Below are positions 11,411-25,613 of a stretch of DNA of 64,000 nt, piece by piece. Origin of the DNA: Octopus sinensis (lineage: Eukaryota); assembly GCF_006345805.1 (NCBI RefSeq), contig NC_043001.1, forward strand, positions 59,148,001 to 59,212,000, given 5' to 3'. Within the stretch, counting starts at the first letter, position 1, and each line of letters opens with the position of its first letter. The translations under genes were made by a program, and so were the position numbers. Under the pieces are notes generated by a model that made no database searches, was not told the origin of the DNA, and saw only the letters and a program-made list of their open reading frames with translations.

Positions 11411-11584
11411 TATACCGGAGTAAACATAAATGTGAAACAAGGTGGAAAAAAAGAGTACTCAAATACCAGTGGTAGAGTAATATGCTTTATTTAAAGCACC
11501 AGAAAATTCAACAAAATCTGTTACTCTGAGTTTCTCGTTGCCGTTCATCAGACAGTTTTTGCTAGATTCTAGCAAAAACTGTCT
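11411..11584 (-). mobile_element. Penelope-like terminal remnant between two (TA)n tracts, with a palindromic junction
   Basis: Minus strand carries a hammerhead followed by AATAAA. A perfect 17-bp inverted repeat (11550-11566 / 11568-11584) marks the other end. Confidence 0.65.
11512..11561 (-). ncRNA. Minimal type I hammerhead ribozyme
   Basis: Minus strand CAAAAACTGT-CTGATGA-ACGGCAACGA-GAAA-CTCAGAGTA-ACAGATTTTG. Stem I is 4 bp + mismatch + 5 bp, stem II is CG/CG with a GCAA loop (A.A at the base), stem III is ACT/AGT, and the triplet is GUA. Confidence 0.65.
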
Positions 11585-11588
11585 AAAG

Positions 11589-11656
<68 letters not shown>

Positions 11657-11658
11657 CG

Positions 11659-11934
11659 CACCAGGAACGTGATGCTTTCAAATGTCATTTCTATATGGTA
11701 AATTTTGAAAATTTATTTCGGTGATGTATGTGTAAATATTCCAAGACACGCTAGTTTGGGGCTGAGACTGAAATTGCACGTAACCTTTCAAGAGTCCCTG
11801 GAAGGAAACGCCAAAACGCAACTGCGTTGAATGCCGTGGATGGCAATCGCAAGCAATTGTCATGAAAACCTTATTGCACGTGCATCTCATGGAAATTATG
11901 GGTATAAAAATCAACTTGAATCGCGTTCCTGGTG
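11659..11934. mobile_element. MITE-like element
   Basis: Terminal inverted repeats CACCAGGAACGTGAT / ATCGCGTTCCTGGTG (14 of 15 match), with weaker complementarity continuing inward. No clear TSD. Confidence 0.5.
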
Positions 11935-12119
11935 TTCGGAATTTGTCCTTTTTTAAATTCGGACGTGGTGTTTCAAGGTTGAGAGGTTGGTAAACTTAAT
12001 TGCTTGTTGCCTCACGTTGCTGTGCTTGTTAAATTTGTTGTTGTGTCTCAAAGCATCTTCTTTCTCCTGCGCGAGCAGATTTATAATCGCTGCACTCCCC
12101 GCTTCTTGCTTGGGAGAGA

Positions 12120-13110
12120 GAAACGTTTGGTATTTATCATGAAGACCATCTTCGAGGAGAATGACTCTTCTGACACGGATTGGTCGATGAACAAGCTCCT
12201 AAGATGTGTGAAGGAACTGAAGAAGAGAAAGGCGGCATGTGAAGAGAAGAGTTTTGCAGATGCGGCCGGCTGAGAAATCAAAATTTGGAAGTGGTAACGA
12301 ACTAATTAAATAAATACGAAAGTATAGGGAGGGGCAGGAAGTAAGATTGTCCCCTCCCGGTGAAGTGGCTCAGAGTTTAATCAAGAAAACGGTAACATTC
12401 AAAAGTTTTAACGGAAAGGAAAAAGCCATCAATGTAGCTAAAAGTGGAAGTGAGGTTCCCCACCGAAGAGAAGGCCAGGCAACACTCGGTAGCCTCGTTA
12501 GAAACAGAGAATATAATAATTCTGTCTTCTTATCATGCAACCGGAGGAGGATGTTACATGGCTGATTGCGACCATAGTATTTGGTTCGGAGGGAAAAATA
12601 ACAATCCTCCAGGCCGTGAGAGTACCTGTATGGAACTGGATGAAACAAGGCCTGGAAATAGCCATCCAGGCTGCACCAACAGCCTTGGACACGATAGTGG
12701 ACACTATTGTGGTGGATGAAAAATGTTGAATGTTATTTTGGAAGCCAGAAAGCCCCCGTGATTTAAGTGTGGGCAGATGAGTGGCTCAAAAATTGGAAAA
12801 CGTACTTCCACTCAATATGCCACCAAAGGCAATGGAAATAAAATTGAGGATACATGTGAACAAGACGAAGCAGAGAAAGAATGAACAGCTGGCACAAAAA
12901 AAAGAAAGAAACGAAGGAAGAGACAACATACCAGTGACGAAGATCTCCAACCCAATTCCACCCTATCCATACTCTGCTCCTCCTCCTTCCCAGCCTGCCC
13001 TTGCATGCACCAGCCCCCACCCTGCACCGCGCCAAATGCTGACCCTGACCTTACCCCTACAAAAAAATGAACAAGCAGACATAAACGGAAACCCCCTAGC
13101 CCCCACCACA
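12120..13110 (+). pseudogene. Decayed L1/Tx1-type ORF1 (RRM-like region plus broken CCHC zinc knuckle)
   Basis: Fragments EVRFPTEEKARQHSVASLETENIIIL and VTWLIATIVFGSEGKITILQAVRVP. RKPP*FKCGQM at about 12747-12780 resembles a GRxxxCFKCGxxGH knuckle. A Lys/Glu- and Pro-rich tail follows. Confidence 0.6.
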
Positions 13111-13539
13111 TGAAAAGTATTATATTGTAATATTCTGTAGGTCGACTAAAACGTTAGCGGGGGAGATGAACAGAATGGACAAGGACGTGAAAGTGTACGA
13201 TGTTGATCACTACTTTGATAACACAAGTGGCGAAGTTATTAGTAAAGAACATCATAAAGAACTAAAAACGAAGTATGGGCCGATCATTGATTACAATTTA
13301 GAAGAAAGGAAAGGTAACTTTAATGAATGTAATTGTTTGTAATAAGGTTCAATGTAGTCGCTCAGAGTGTGGGGTTCGAACGACAGTCATTTCATCCTGT
13401 CATTTTATTACTTTTTATCCAATATATTCGATCTTTATATTTCCCCCCACTTTTATGTTTGTCTGTCTTTGGGCTGTCCCCTCTATGTAAGGACTTTATG
13501 GCCAGGATAAAATTAATTCGTAGTTTGGGCGCATCAGGT

Positions 13540-14719
13540 ATCACCCGATTGTCAGCAGATCAGGGAGAACAAGCTATCGGCTGATTGCAAGCAGGGCACC
13601 GAGCCCTGGTTGTTGCGAAAGCTTACAATGTTCATGGTAGCATCATCTATCGCCTGCAACAACGATACGACAACAACAGTACTGCAGACCGTGCCCGCAG
13701 AAGGTACTACCCGGTGACCACGCCCAGGCAGAACCGCTTCATCCACTTGCAACACCTCTGTGATCGCCTCAGACCGATCAGTGTGACTGCTCAAGAGATC
13801 ATTAGCGCTAGACAGCGACTCATCAGCAACGACACCAATCTCTGTTGCCGTCGTCCTGCTCGAGGGCCTATCCTCACCGCCCGCCACCATCAGGCACGAC
13901 AACAGTGGGCTACACAGCACCGACTTTTGTGGCATCAAGTATGGAGGTCGATAGTTCTCTCTGACGAGAGCTGGTACTGCCTTTTCACCTCGGATGGCAG
14001 AGTGAGGGGTTGGCGTAGGAGGGGGAGTGAACTCTACAGAGATGCATGTGTCATGGAGAGAGATGCATGGGCTAGACAAAGCTTTACGGTTTGGGATGCT
14101 ATAGGCCTGAAGCAGAGAATTGGGCCCCATGTGTTCCAAAATGTTGGTGCAGGCAGACGGAATGGCATCACAGCACGGCGCTATGTTGAACAGATCCTAA
14201 GGCCTCACACCGTGCCCTTCTACGCGCGTCACCATAGCCACATGTTCCAACAGGGCAATATTCCCTCCAACACGATCAGTGCCATCATGGATTTCCTACA
14301 ACAGCACAACATTAGAACCATACCGTGGCCGACTCTCAGCCTGGATTTGAACCCAATTGAACACTTGTTGGATGAAATCCAGAGACGTCTGAGCCAGGTG
14401 CTCCCAAGGCCGACAACTCGTGTGGAACTCGAGGGCGCTTTCTTCAGGGTGCTAATGGTTTTATGAACCGCTTTATGCACTCCATGTACCGATGTGTTGA
14501 ACAACCAGGGAATACATGGAGGTGAACTTGTCACGTCCTACAATTTCGATGTACTGGATCCGCCCACTACCAAAGCACATGACCACGACCCATAGACTGT
14601 GGTCAAAGTGCATCCAAGAAACTGACTTTATCAGATTTATCAAAATTTATTTCTAGCATAATGAAATTAGAACATATTTCACAGTCACGTGTATCTCGCG
14701 TTTCTTTTGCGGTTCAGTG
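13540..14719 (+). mobile_element. Tc1-family (DD34E) transposon, left TIR not found, transposase inactivated
   Basis: ORF 13585-14466 with SDESW, FQQGN (catalytic D replaced by G) and WPTLSLDLNPIEHL. An upstream in-frame stop follows TRLSADQGEQAIG. Right TIR-like TTTCTTTTGCGGTTCAGTG ends at 14719. Confidence 0.88.
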
Positions 14720-15639
14720 TGTATACTATATATACCATAAGTATACCGCATTGAAGTTTTGAAATGTTGATATATATGATACTCGAAAACCTTTATTGCA
14801 TATCACCTAAAACGTTACACCTTAAACTAATTTATTCACTTACGCATACACACGCACGCGCGCGAATAAATACGCATTCATACAAATACACCCCTTCACG
14901 CGAACATTCTTATTTACATATGAAGAAAGAGTGAAGCATCAATTCGTCTCAGTCAGTGGATGAATATCATGCCATTTGAATATGTTTGCACTAAAAAGAT
15001 GTCTGTATTGCAATATCTACCCTCTAATTATAGTCAATTAAACTGACTCAAAAGTGCTTTCTGAGAAAGTGCCTTCTCAAAAACAAAATAAATTCAGACT
15101 AGGTTAACATTAGCAACGTTTGATTTACTTGCATCGTATTCTGTAGCCAGGATTCAAGAAGATTATTTCTGTGAAGTTCATCTATTTGAAATTTCAGTCT
15201 GCATTTCTTAAAATTGTTTATCGGTCATATTTCCGAGACAGTCGTTTGTATCGTAATTTATATCGTTTGTAATTTTTACCATTATCTACCACTTTATCGA
15301 CCTCTTTGCCTGGTTGATTATCAGTCTGTCTGTCTAACATTATTCTCATGTTACTTCCGGCTCTAAGGATTGAGGCGCAGATAAAACACCGTGTGTGTTC
15401 ATATTTGCTTTTAGTTTGTATATCTGTGAATACACATCAGCACATACACACATACTTATCTAAATAAGCAAAGTTGGTTTCACGTTAATTTTTAACAAGC
15501 TTTGCAACAGACAGCACAGATGTTCTTATTTCTGAGCAACAGATAAATTCCTTTCTCAAATGCATATGCTTTCAAGCTACGAAGTATCAACTGTACTCTA
15601 TATACACACATACATGCATACATAGAGACGGACATGCAC

Positions 15640-15703
<64 letters not shown>

Positions 15704-15714
15704 CACTTATACTC

Positions 15715-15925
15715 ATTTATTCTATAGTTTGACTCATTTGACTGCGGCCATGCTGGAGCACCACCTTTACTCGAACAAATCGAACCCAGAATTTATTCTT
15801 TGCAAGCCTAGTACTTAGGTACTTATTTTATTATCCTTCTCTTTTGCCGAACCGTTTATTTACGAGGACGTAAAACACCCATATCAAATATCAAGCGATG
15901 ATGGGCGACAAACACACTGACACTC
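15715..15925 (-). mobile_element. SINE family B, 3' half
   Basis: Contains CATTTGACTGCGGCCATGCTGGAGCACC, the reverse complement of the 11080-11120 tail. Similar pieces at 27075-27130 and 33735-33900. Confidence 0.75.
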
Positions 15926-15949
15926 ATATATATATATATATTATTATTC

Positions 15950-16195
15950 TTCCCTACCAAGAATTCAAACCGACCTCGAACCCACCAGAGTAAACAAGAG
16001 AGACAGAGAAAGGCAGAAACAAGGAAAATGGCACTTGTATTTGAACACTATGCAAATATTCTTTTAAAAAACTTTTCTTTTAATTTTTCCCAAATTTAAC
16101 TGTTTTCCACACATACAGTTGAAAAAGTCTCAATGACTGAAACCGGTCTGAAATGTTTTTATAAAATCATTTTAGCATTTTCTACCTTGACTTTT

Positions 16196-16276
<81 letters not shown>

Positions 16277-16337
16277 ACATATATATATTATATATATATA
16301 TATATATATATGGAAAAGTCAAGGTAGAAAATGCTAA
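15950..16337 (+). mobile_element. Penelope-like terminal remnant with degenerate hammerhead (16119-16148) and inverted terminal duplication
   Basis: TTGAAAA-AGTC-tcaat-GACT-GAAA-CCGGTC gives an intact stem II, GAAA and palindromic stem III (ACCGGT) with a decayed core. Perfect 27-bp inverted arms at 16172-16198 and 16311-16337 surround (TA)n. Confidence 0.55.
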
Positions 16338-16377
<40 letters not shown>

Positions 16378-16479
16378 CATATATATACATATATACATAT
16401 ATATAATATATAAATATAGTCATATATACATACATATATCTACATACCGACATATATATGTGTATATACATGCCTCTAT

Positions 16480-17306
16480 GGTGCAGGACATAAAAAAAAC
16501 TAGACAAAATTAGAAATGAGAACATAGAAAAAAAACAGTAAAGGAACTTTTTTCAAACAACGAAAGAAAGAAACAGAGAAACGAGACAGGCAATATAAAG
16601 AACATTCCATACACAGTTGTATCCTGTTTTATCTCCGCGTTCCGAAGGTGGGGACAAGTCGCGACTTCGTTAAAACAGTCCTTCCCGCAAATTTTATTGA
16701 ATAAAATTTGGGATTTTTTGCGGAGGATGAAAGTGGTAACAAAAACAGGACAGTGAGAACAAAACAGTAAAAGCAAATGGTGAGGGCTGTTAAGCCAAGA
16801 CAATGTGAAGTGGTAAACGCTGGGAAAACGAGATTTGAGAAGACAGGTAAAAGCACGTTTTGTCTTTAGATAGGACGTGGAAGAAAGATGGATGGCCGTG
16901 GGTCACGTGTGAGCAACAAAAGAGTCAAGGATGAAGTGTGAGAGAGAAACAGGGAAAAGTGAATGAGAGAGGAGAAGAATAGGGAAAGAAGGGGGGGAGA
17001 AAAACCCACTGGAAGAAGAACAAGAACGGGAGACAGATAAAAAGAATAGATAGAATAAGAGTGCGCATCGTAATTATTAAGATAAAACTTCCATGGAAAT
17101 GGATATGTGCCGTTCGATCATATAATAATATGAATATATGCATATATACATACATATATGCATGTATACATGCATATATGGGTACAGGGCATAAAAAAAG
17201 CGTAGGCAAAATGAGAAACGAGAACACAAAACAACAAAAGCATAAAAAATGAACTTTCTTCGAAAGAAATAAACAGAGAAGCGAGACAGGCAACATAAAG
17301 AACATT
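16480..17306 (-). repeat. Pair of diverged ~127-bp direct repeats (16480-16606, 17181-17306), possible pLTR-bounded remnant
   Basis: Both copies read ggt(g/a)cagg(a/g)cataaaaaaa...gaaag(aaa)aaacagagaa(a/g)cgagacaggcaa(t/c)ataaagaacatt. Bordered by AT microsatellites. Confidence 0.5.
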
Positions 17307-17344
17307 GTCTTCATTATATATATATGTATGTATGTATATATACA

Positions 17345-17394
<50 letters not shown>

Positions 17395-19014
17395 TGTATA
17401 TATATGCTATATATGCATATACACGTGAGTACGCACAACTATATTTATTTATGTGCATTTAAATGCAAGTATATATGCTAGCATGCGTATTCTCGTGCAT
17501 GCTTCATTTATACACACATACGTATTCCTATTCCCATAAAAATATTGTTCACATGCACCTTATTTAAACGTTGGGCTGCATTTCACTCCACAATAGGCCA
17601 CATTCTACGAATTACAATGCAATGCATCTGTACATGTCTATAGCAGTCTTCTATCCATATGCAATCTACAAAACTAGGAAACGCGCATTCTGTAAATTTT
17701 ATTCCAATTGTAAAAGGATGAAAACCTTTAATAATTGTCAGAACTGCAACAACTGATTGATGCTGTCCATTCGTGTGTGTATTTGAACAAAAGAAGTCTT
17801 GTCACTTACTTAATGCTCAGTCGTTATCTTGTTGAAATATATTGGAATACATAATGATCATTACTCCCACATGCATATACATAGTGTGTGTATATGTATT
17901 ACTTTTATCCTTGCCTGTCTGCCTCTCTCTCTCCTTCTCTATTAATCTCTCTATCTTTGTTTTCGCACTCATATATATATATATATATTATATATATATA
18001 TATATACATACATAGATTGATATATTGATGCATATGCTTATAAACACCGTCATAGTAACATTGTTACGTGATTACATGCGTATAGTCCTACATAAACTGA
18101 TTTCTCATACAATATATGCATACATGAATACGGATATGTAACTTTTGAAACGTAATTTGCATATGCGCAAATAGCAATAGAGTTCGTTACACATAAGTAC
18201 ACATATATATCCCTCCGCGCATAAACAGAGAGCAGAATGAGGGGGGGAGAAAGAGAGTAACAGCAGCATTCATTTATGCACATGCATATTTGGATGTATT
18301 TATCCATAAATATAATACAAATATCTATGTATGTGTGTGTGAGTGTGTGTGTGTGTGCGTACATACATTTCCATAGTTTCGTTCATATCTTTTCAATTCA
18401 GCAGGATGCATTGTTTATAAAACTTAAGATTAAAAAAGGAAAGCATTCTCATCTTTTATCAGAATACACCATTATATGTCCTAACAATATTCGATACGGT
18501 TGGGTGCTTCTGGAATTGCAAATATATTGTACTTTGATAAAGAATATCTTCGTTTCCTTTTGATCAATTAACTTAATTGAAAAGATAAATGAAAAATAAG
18601 AATATTCATAGGTCTTAAAGTATGCAGAATTTTATATCTCCCATGTTCCGAATGTTTTTTTTCCTTTCTTTCTTTGTTCTTCAGGAACACAACACTTTAT
18701 GAAATATTAAAGCTTTTTCTAACAGCAGTTTTAAATTATTCAACCTATTTGATAATGAATTTGAATATAAAACAAAATTTTGGTAGAATATAGCAATAGT
18801 AGTGATTTCAGTCATTTATGTACATTACTATGCTATCTATATGGGGTCATTGCTTTTATAGTTGGATAGCCCATCATAACTTGAGTCTATGCCGTGCTTT
18901 CATTCCTCTTTGGGAGAGAGTTCATTGATGTTCTGGCGCTAAATTTGGGGTATGGCAGCAAAAATAAATACAAATTCTTTTGCAAATGTGGCATAGATCA
19001 AAGATATAAAATGT

Positions 19015-19502
<488 letters not shown>

Positions 19503-20097
19503 GCAATTATTAATATTATTTCATTAATAATAACTATATTTTAATTATATGTAGGTTAAGTCCAACTGTAAATAAGGGGTTTTAGACGAAAAGGATTAAT
19601 AAATAATAGGCCTATGTTGCTTATGCTGTTTGAGATGTAGTGGAGCAACAAGGCATGTTTCTGTACGTATATGTGTCTGAATGTCTGTCTGTGCGGGCAT
19701 GTGGATGTTGTAAGGTATATCAAAATTGTTTATAAAATAATATACGCTGCGCTCGAAATATATGGCGAATGCAGAACATTCACATTACCATGACACTTAT
19801 TGCATTGTAACATAAAATATGCCTCATAATGTATGTATTGTTCATCCGTATAGCTGATGCTAATGTACCGTGTAAATGACTCCGCATTACACGTGTGTTA
19901 TTGTGTGTCATTTGTGTGTGTATGTATATATATGTGTGTGTGTGTTTGTATGTGTGTGCGTGTCTGTGTGCGTGCGTGTGCGCATGTGGGGGTGTATGTA
20001 TATATGTATGTGTATAGTCATTTTCTTTTTAACCACACAGACAGGCAGACAGGCAGACAGACAGGCAGAGACAGACAGACAGGCAAACAGACAGACA

Positions 20098-21020
<923 letters not shown>

Positions 21021-21046
21021 ATAAGTGCAGATAATATACATACATA

Positions 21047-21916
21047 CGTGGTCTGATCCATAAGTATCTGGGCTGTTGCTATAGTAACGAAGCTAAAGCA
21101 CGAATATTGTAGCTGTTATGCACGTATTGACCTTGTACTTTGCTGTGTATACGCACTAAGTTGTAACAAGCTTGCTCACTTCCGCTGTTTGTAGCAGTGC
21201 TTGGAAAGAAGGTGTGTAGCGTGTGATCGTTGCACTGAACATGACAAAGTTGAGCAGAGAATCTGCATCAGATTTAACAAAAGTTTGGCAATACCTACTC
21301 AGAAGCCTACGCAAGGTTTTCAAAAAGTTGTCATCATTCTCGACACAATCAAGGAGATCTTGTGCAACTGGAACTCGAGTGTTTTTTTTGGTCAGCTGAA
21401 AGTAGTTTTGGGACAAACATGGCACACACGTGTCTCAGACCTAAATTTTCAGTGATAATGGACTGAACTGAACCGTAACTAATCTGCACATCCTTTGATG
21501 ACTCACGGACGGTGATTCGACAGTTTTTTCCTCACAGCCGCAAGCACATCTGCGATGCTTTTTCTCAGTTCTGCTGGTTGGGGGTCTCTCAAAACGTTTG
21601 TCAATATCAAGATTTTTCAGCTATCATGGGAACGTCTGAACCACTCGTACACTTGTGTGCGGCTCATACAATACTCTTCATACCCTTTCTGCAACATTGT
21701 GTAGGCCTCTGAGCACATGTCACCATGACAACTTTCTCTGATATGGTCAATGCGACGATCACACCTTACCCACCTTCATTCTAAGCAGTGTTGTTAACAG
21801 CGGAAGTGATCTAGAACGTTAAAACTCAGTACACGTGCACTACAAAGTTCAAGATCAATCTGTTCCAAGTAGCTTCACTCTGCGTGTTTTAGCTTCGTTA
21901 CTATTGAGCAGACCTT
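21047..21916. mobile_element. Mariner derivative made of two converging left ends
   Basis: Plus-strand arm: TA|CGTGGTCTGATCC..TAGTAACGAAGCTAAAGCACG, then EQRICIRF. Minus-strand arm: TAGTAACGAAGCTAAAACACG, then CSEAYTMLQKGYEEYCMSRTQVYEWFRR..RVPVAQDLLDCVENDDNFLKTL. Junction near 21318. Confidence 0.75.
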
Positions 21917-22899
21917 GAGTGTCTATATATGCGTGTGTGTACATATATAATATACATACATACACACATACATAAATTCATACATACATATATATATAGT
22001 ATGTATGTATATGTATGTATTGATTACTCTCCAAACTCATCCGAAGAGTCGTGATGAAGTTAATGGACGAAAATGATATTTTAGTAAATAATTAACGCTA
22101 GCTCGGGATTGGGAGCTCAGAAAGGATTGGAATAAAGTTTGAACGGAACCTTTAATTTTCTTTCTTTTTTTTTCTTTTTTTTTTTTTTTTTTTTGAAATG
22201 CCAGAGACAATTCTGGTCGAAATTCTACTTGTTAGGCATCAATAGTTTCTTCTCTTTTCGCAGTGAAATCATCAACCATTTTCATGGCTCTACCACTAAT
22301 GCCTAATCAGTGTTCTCATCCCACGTCCTACAGATCGAATTTTCAAAACGATTTCAGTCTCTTTTCTTTAACACTAAATACTTCAATAGCTATTTCACTG
22401 GTTCTTACAAGCATTTGTGTCAGTATGACCAGATATTTTAGTTGGAAAACTGTGGAAAATTGCAAATAGATTACTTTATTAGCTTTAAGAAGTTTTAAAA
22501 ATTTGTGAGTGTGACAATTTTGCTGGTACACCCAGTACATGTAAATAAAAAACGAGGTAAATAGGTTACACACTTTTACAAAAAACTTAGGTAGAAATAG
22601 AAATACATACCTCAATAACATATATACCTGTAGCAATATCAACTGGTATATAATTCGCTTCCGAAACAAACCAATATTGATTTGCTTACGTCCCCGTAGC
22701 TCAGTTATACTATAAAGAGTATTTTCAGTTCTGAATAGGAAGACAGAACTACGTAATAGAAGCCGACTAATACCAGCATATCTTTTAAGCTTGAGTTCTG
22801 TATAGTTGGACCGTTGTGGATAACCGGCATCTATACGAATTTGTGAGAAAATACGGTATCCTTTTATTCTGTATGCTGGCCCACATACAGGTCATCCTT

Positions 22900-22952
<53 letters not shown>

Positions 22953-22954
<2 letters not shown>

Positions 22955-23235
22955 ATATATATATATCATATATTATATCTATATATTATATCTATTATAT
23001 ATATCATATATATATAACTTATCCCTTTTATACATTCTCTCTCTCTTTCTCCCCCTATATATATAAATATACATATATATATATATAATAATATATATAT
23101 ATATATATATATCTATATATATATATCATATATTATATCTATATATTATATCTATATATATATCATATATATATAACTTATCCCTTTTATACATTCTCTC
23201 TCTCTTTCTCCCCCTATATATATAAATATACATAT

Positions 23236-23269
<34 letters not shown>

Positions 23270-23270
23270 A
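22953..23270. repeat. Tandem duplication (period about 160 bp) of an AT-rich complex microsatellite unit
   Basis: The unit containing acttatccc(t)tttatacattctctctctctttctccccctatata begins at 22953 and again at 23113. Confidence 0.85.
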
Positions 23271-25375
23271 CCTATCCGTTTTATACTCTATATATATATA
23301 TATATATGTTTGTGTGTGTGTGTGTTTTGTGTGCGTGTGTTTGTGTGCGCCTCTGTGTGTGCACATGTATCTATATATGCACACGGAAGGATACGCACGC
23401 GCACACCCAGATACACAGACACACAGACACATATCGAGTATTCTACAAACCCCTGATAGGATACCTAGCTTGGTTATTGCGTAAATCTATTCATATGTGC
23501 TACCGTAAATTTGCATATTTGTAGATACAATATTTCAGTCGTGGTTATGCAGTTTTTGCCTTATGTAGCGCGCTTAAAACAGCAACATATTAGTTCATAC
23601 ACGTTTCGTTTCTAAGTTCCAATGCCGAGCTTTGAAGAAACTTTACTATATTTTCATGCACGTGAATTGACTGTGATGATATTTTTGTTTGTATATTATG
23701 AAAGTATTGGGGCTTTTCCATACACCTTTCCAATTAGAAGCAAAGGAAAATCGCTCCTTCTGAATAACAGTAAAATCATGATCTCCAGCATTTGCCTCTA
23801 TTGAGAAACAACTAACCGCTTCTAATTTGCACAAGCACTAACGTGGAAGTTAGCCAATCATCACTTCCAGAACTTATATATATAAAATATGGCTGAAATG
23901 CAAAGCAAACTCCGTTAAACTGCTAAGTCAGAAGAGAAAAGATCCTATCCTTTTTTTCCTTACTGCTCAACACACTCATGCGATAATTAGTGCTCGTTAA
24001 TTGCGTGCACCATATACTAAACTAAATCTGAATTTTTGAGCTGTATCACAGTGAGCAGAATTGTTCTATTACCGCCCCCTTGTATTCAATCTCAGTGTGT
24101 ATTTCTAAGTATGGAATTCTGGACTGTGAGATGTTTATTCTTCAAATACACCTGAAGACTTGTCTTTGTCCAAGACATATCGCTATCACATGGATTCGTC
24201 TACCTAACTGATATAATGTATCTAATGTCAGAAAAGATTCCTCGTTCTCCAATGCAATCAATATTGGTTAGAGAACTCTGATTTTATGACAATATATTAT
24301 ACATCATCTTCACATTTCTTATTGCCCGTTCATTGTAATTTATTTTAAAAATTAGCAATTTACTAGCTTCTCTAACGTAAGGAATGAAATCGATCAGTTG
24401 TTTCACTAATTCTAGAAACTTTGGTATGTCCAACTGTAGAGTTGATGGACATATATCAATCCATAGTTACTAATTTAAAGACCATTGAAATTAAGAAAAC
24501 CAAATCAGTCCTATTTCAATTCAATCTAACACGCTAAAGCGACGTGAAATCCTATCGAAAGGTATTCTATCTCGAGTTCAATGGATTCTGCCGTCCAAAG
24601 TTTTAATGCATGGTATAATTATCTTTTATCGGTATATTGGCAGAAATGGTAGATCCCGATTTCCCTTATTTACAGTCGATGTTATAAGTTTTTATTCAAT
24701 TTTCACAAAGTCGTCTCTGTTTTTCACTTAACGCATCAATACTATAATGGAATAATACCTTCTCATCTGGACTAAGTAATAGCAGAAACTATAAAATGGA
24801 GGAATAAAGGCCTCATTCGTTAATTTGCATTTTGATGTGCTCAAATTACATTTCTGCGATTTATCTATAAGAAATACTCCACCCTGTAATGAAATCGACA
24901 CAATCATCGATTCTGCAGTTATATGTATGGAATTGGTATTACATTTGTATTAATCTCTTAATAAGAATATGCAGAAGACAATCTTCCCCATTGCCTAGAG
25001 CACTTATGCACCATCTTCACTACTGAAAACGTTAAATTGTGCTTCTCACAATACTAATTCATACATAATTGGACCTGGAAATTAAGTATTACACGCTTCC
25101 CTCGAGTTCAGTTTAGTATTGATAATCAGATTTATAATATATTGATTCTTCTATTATAAAACTGGGTATTCTGAATAGCTGTTAAAATATATGATGGGAA
25201 GAGAATCCCTTCTTACATGGCCTACTTCTAAACATGACACATTTGCCATAATGCTGTTATATTATGTTCAGTTTAAATTAATTAGGACTTTGAATGTACA
25301 AAAAAGGAAGCGCAACTACCCTAACAAGATGATCTCTAATGTTAATTAACTTCAGAGTTAGCAGTGTAAAATAAT

Positions 25376-25613
25376 ACCTATTTCTTTTACTACCCACAAG
25401 GGGCTAAACACAGAAGGAACAAACAAGGACAGACAAACGGATTAAGTCGATTACATCGAGCCCAGTGCGTAACTGGTACTTAATTTATCGACCCCAAAAG
25501 GATGAAAGGCAAAGTCGACCTCGGTGGAATTTGAACTCAGAACGTAACGGCAGACGAAATACGGCTACGCATTTCGCCCGGAGTGCAAACGTTTCTGCCA
25601 GCTCGCCGCCTTT
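25376..25613 (-). mobile_element. SINE family A monomer with a 15-bp target-site duplication
   Basis: GTGTAAAATAATACC at 25364-25378 and 25614-25628. Confidence 0.9.

Noticed and set aside
22040-22090. CCGAAGA-GTC..GAC-GAAA motif
   Set aside because: Core mismatch and no consistent stem I/III.
22200-22700. Possible hAT transposase C-terminal remnant on the minus strand
   Set aside because: Only a vague resemblance (IEVFSVKEK); no TIRs or catalytic motifs.
24150-24190. CTGAAGA-CTTG..CAAG hammerhead-like start
   Set aside because: No GAAA or stem I; likely chance.
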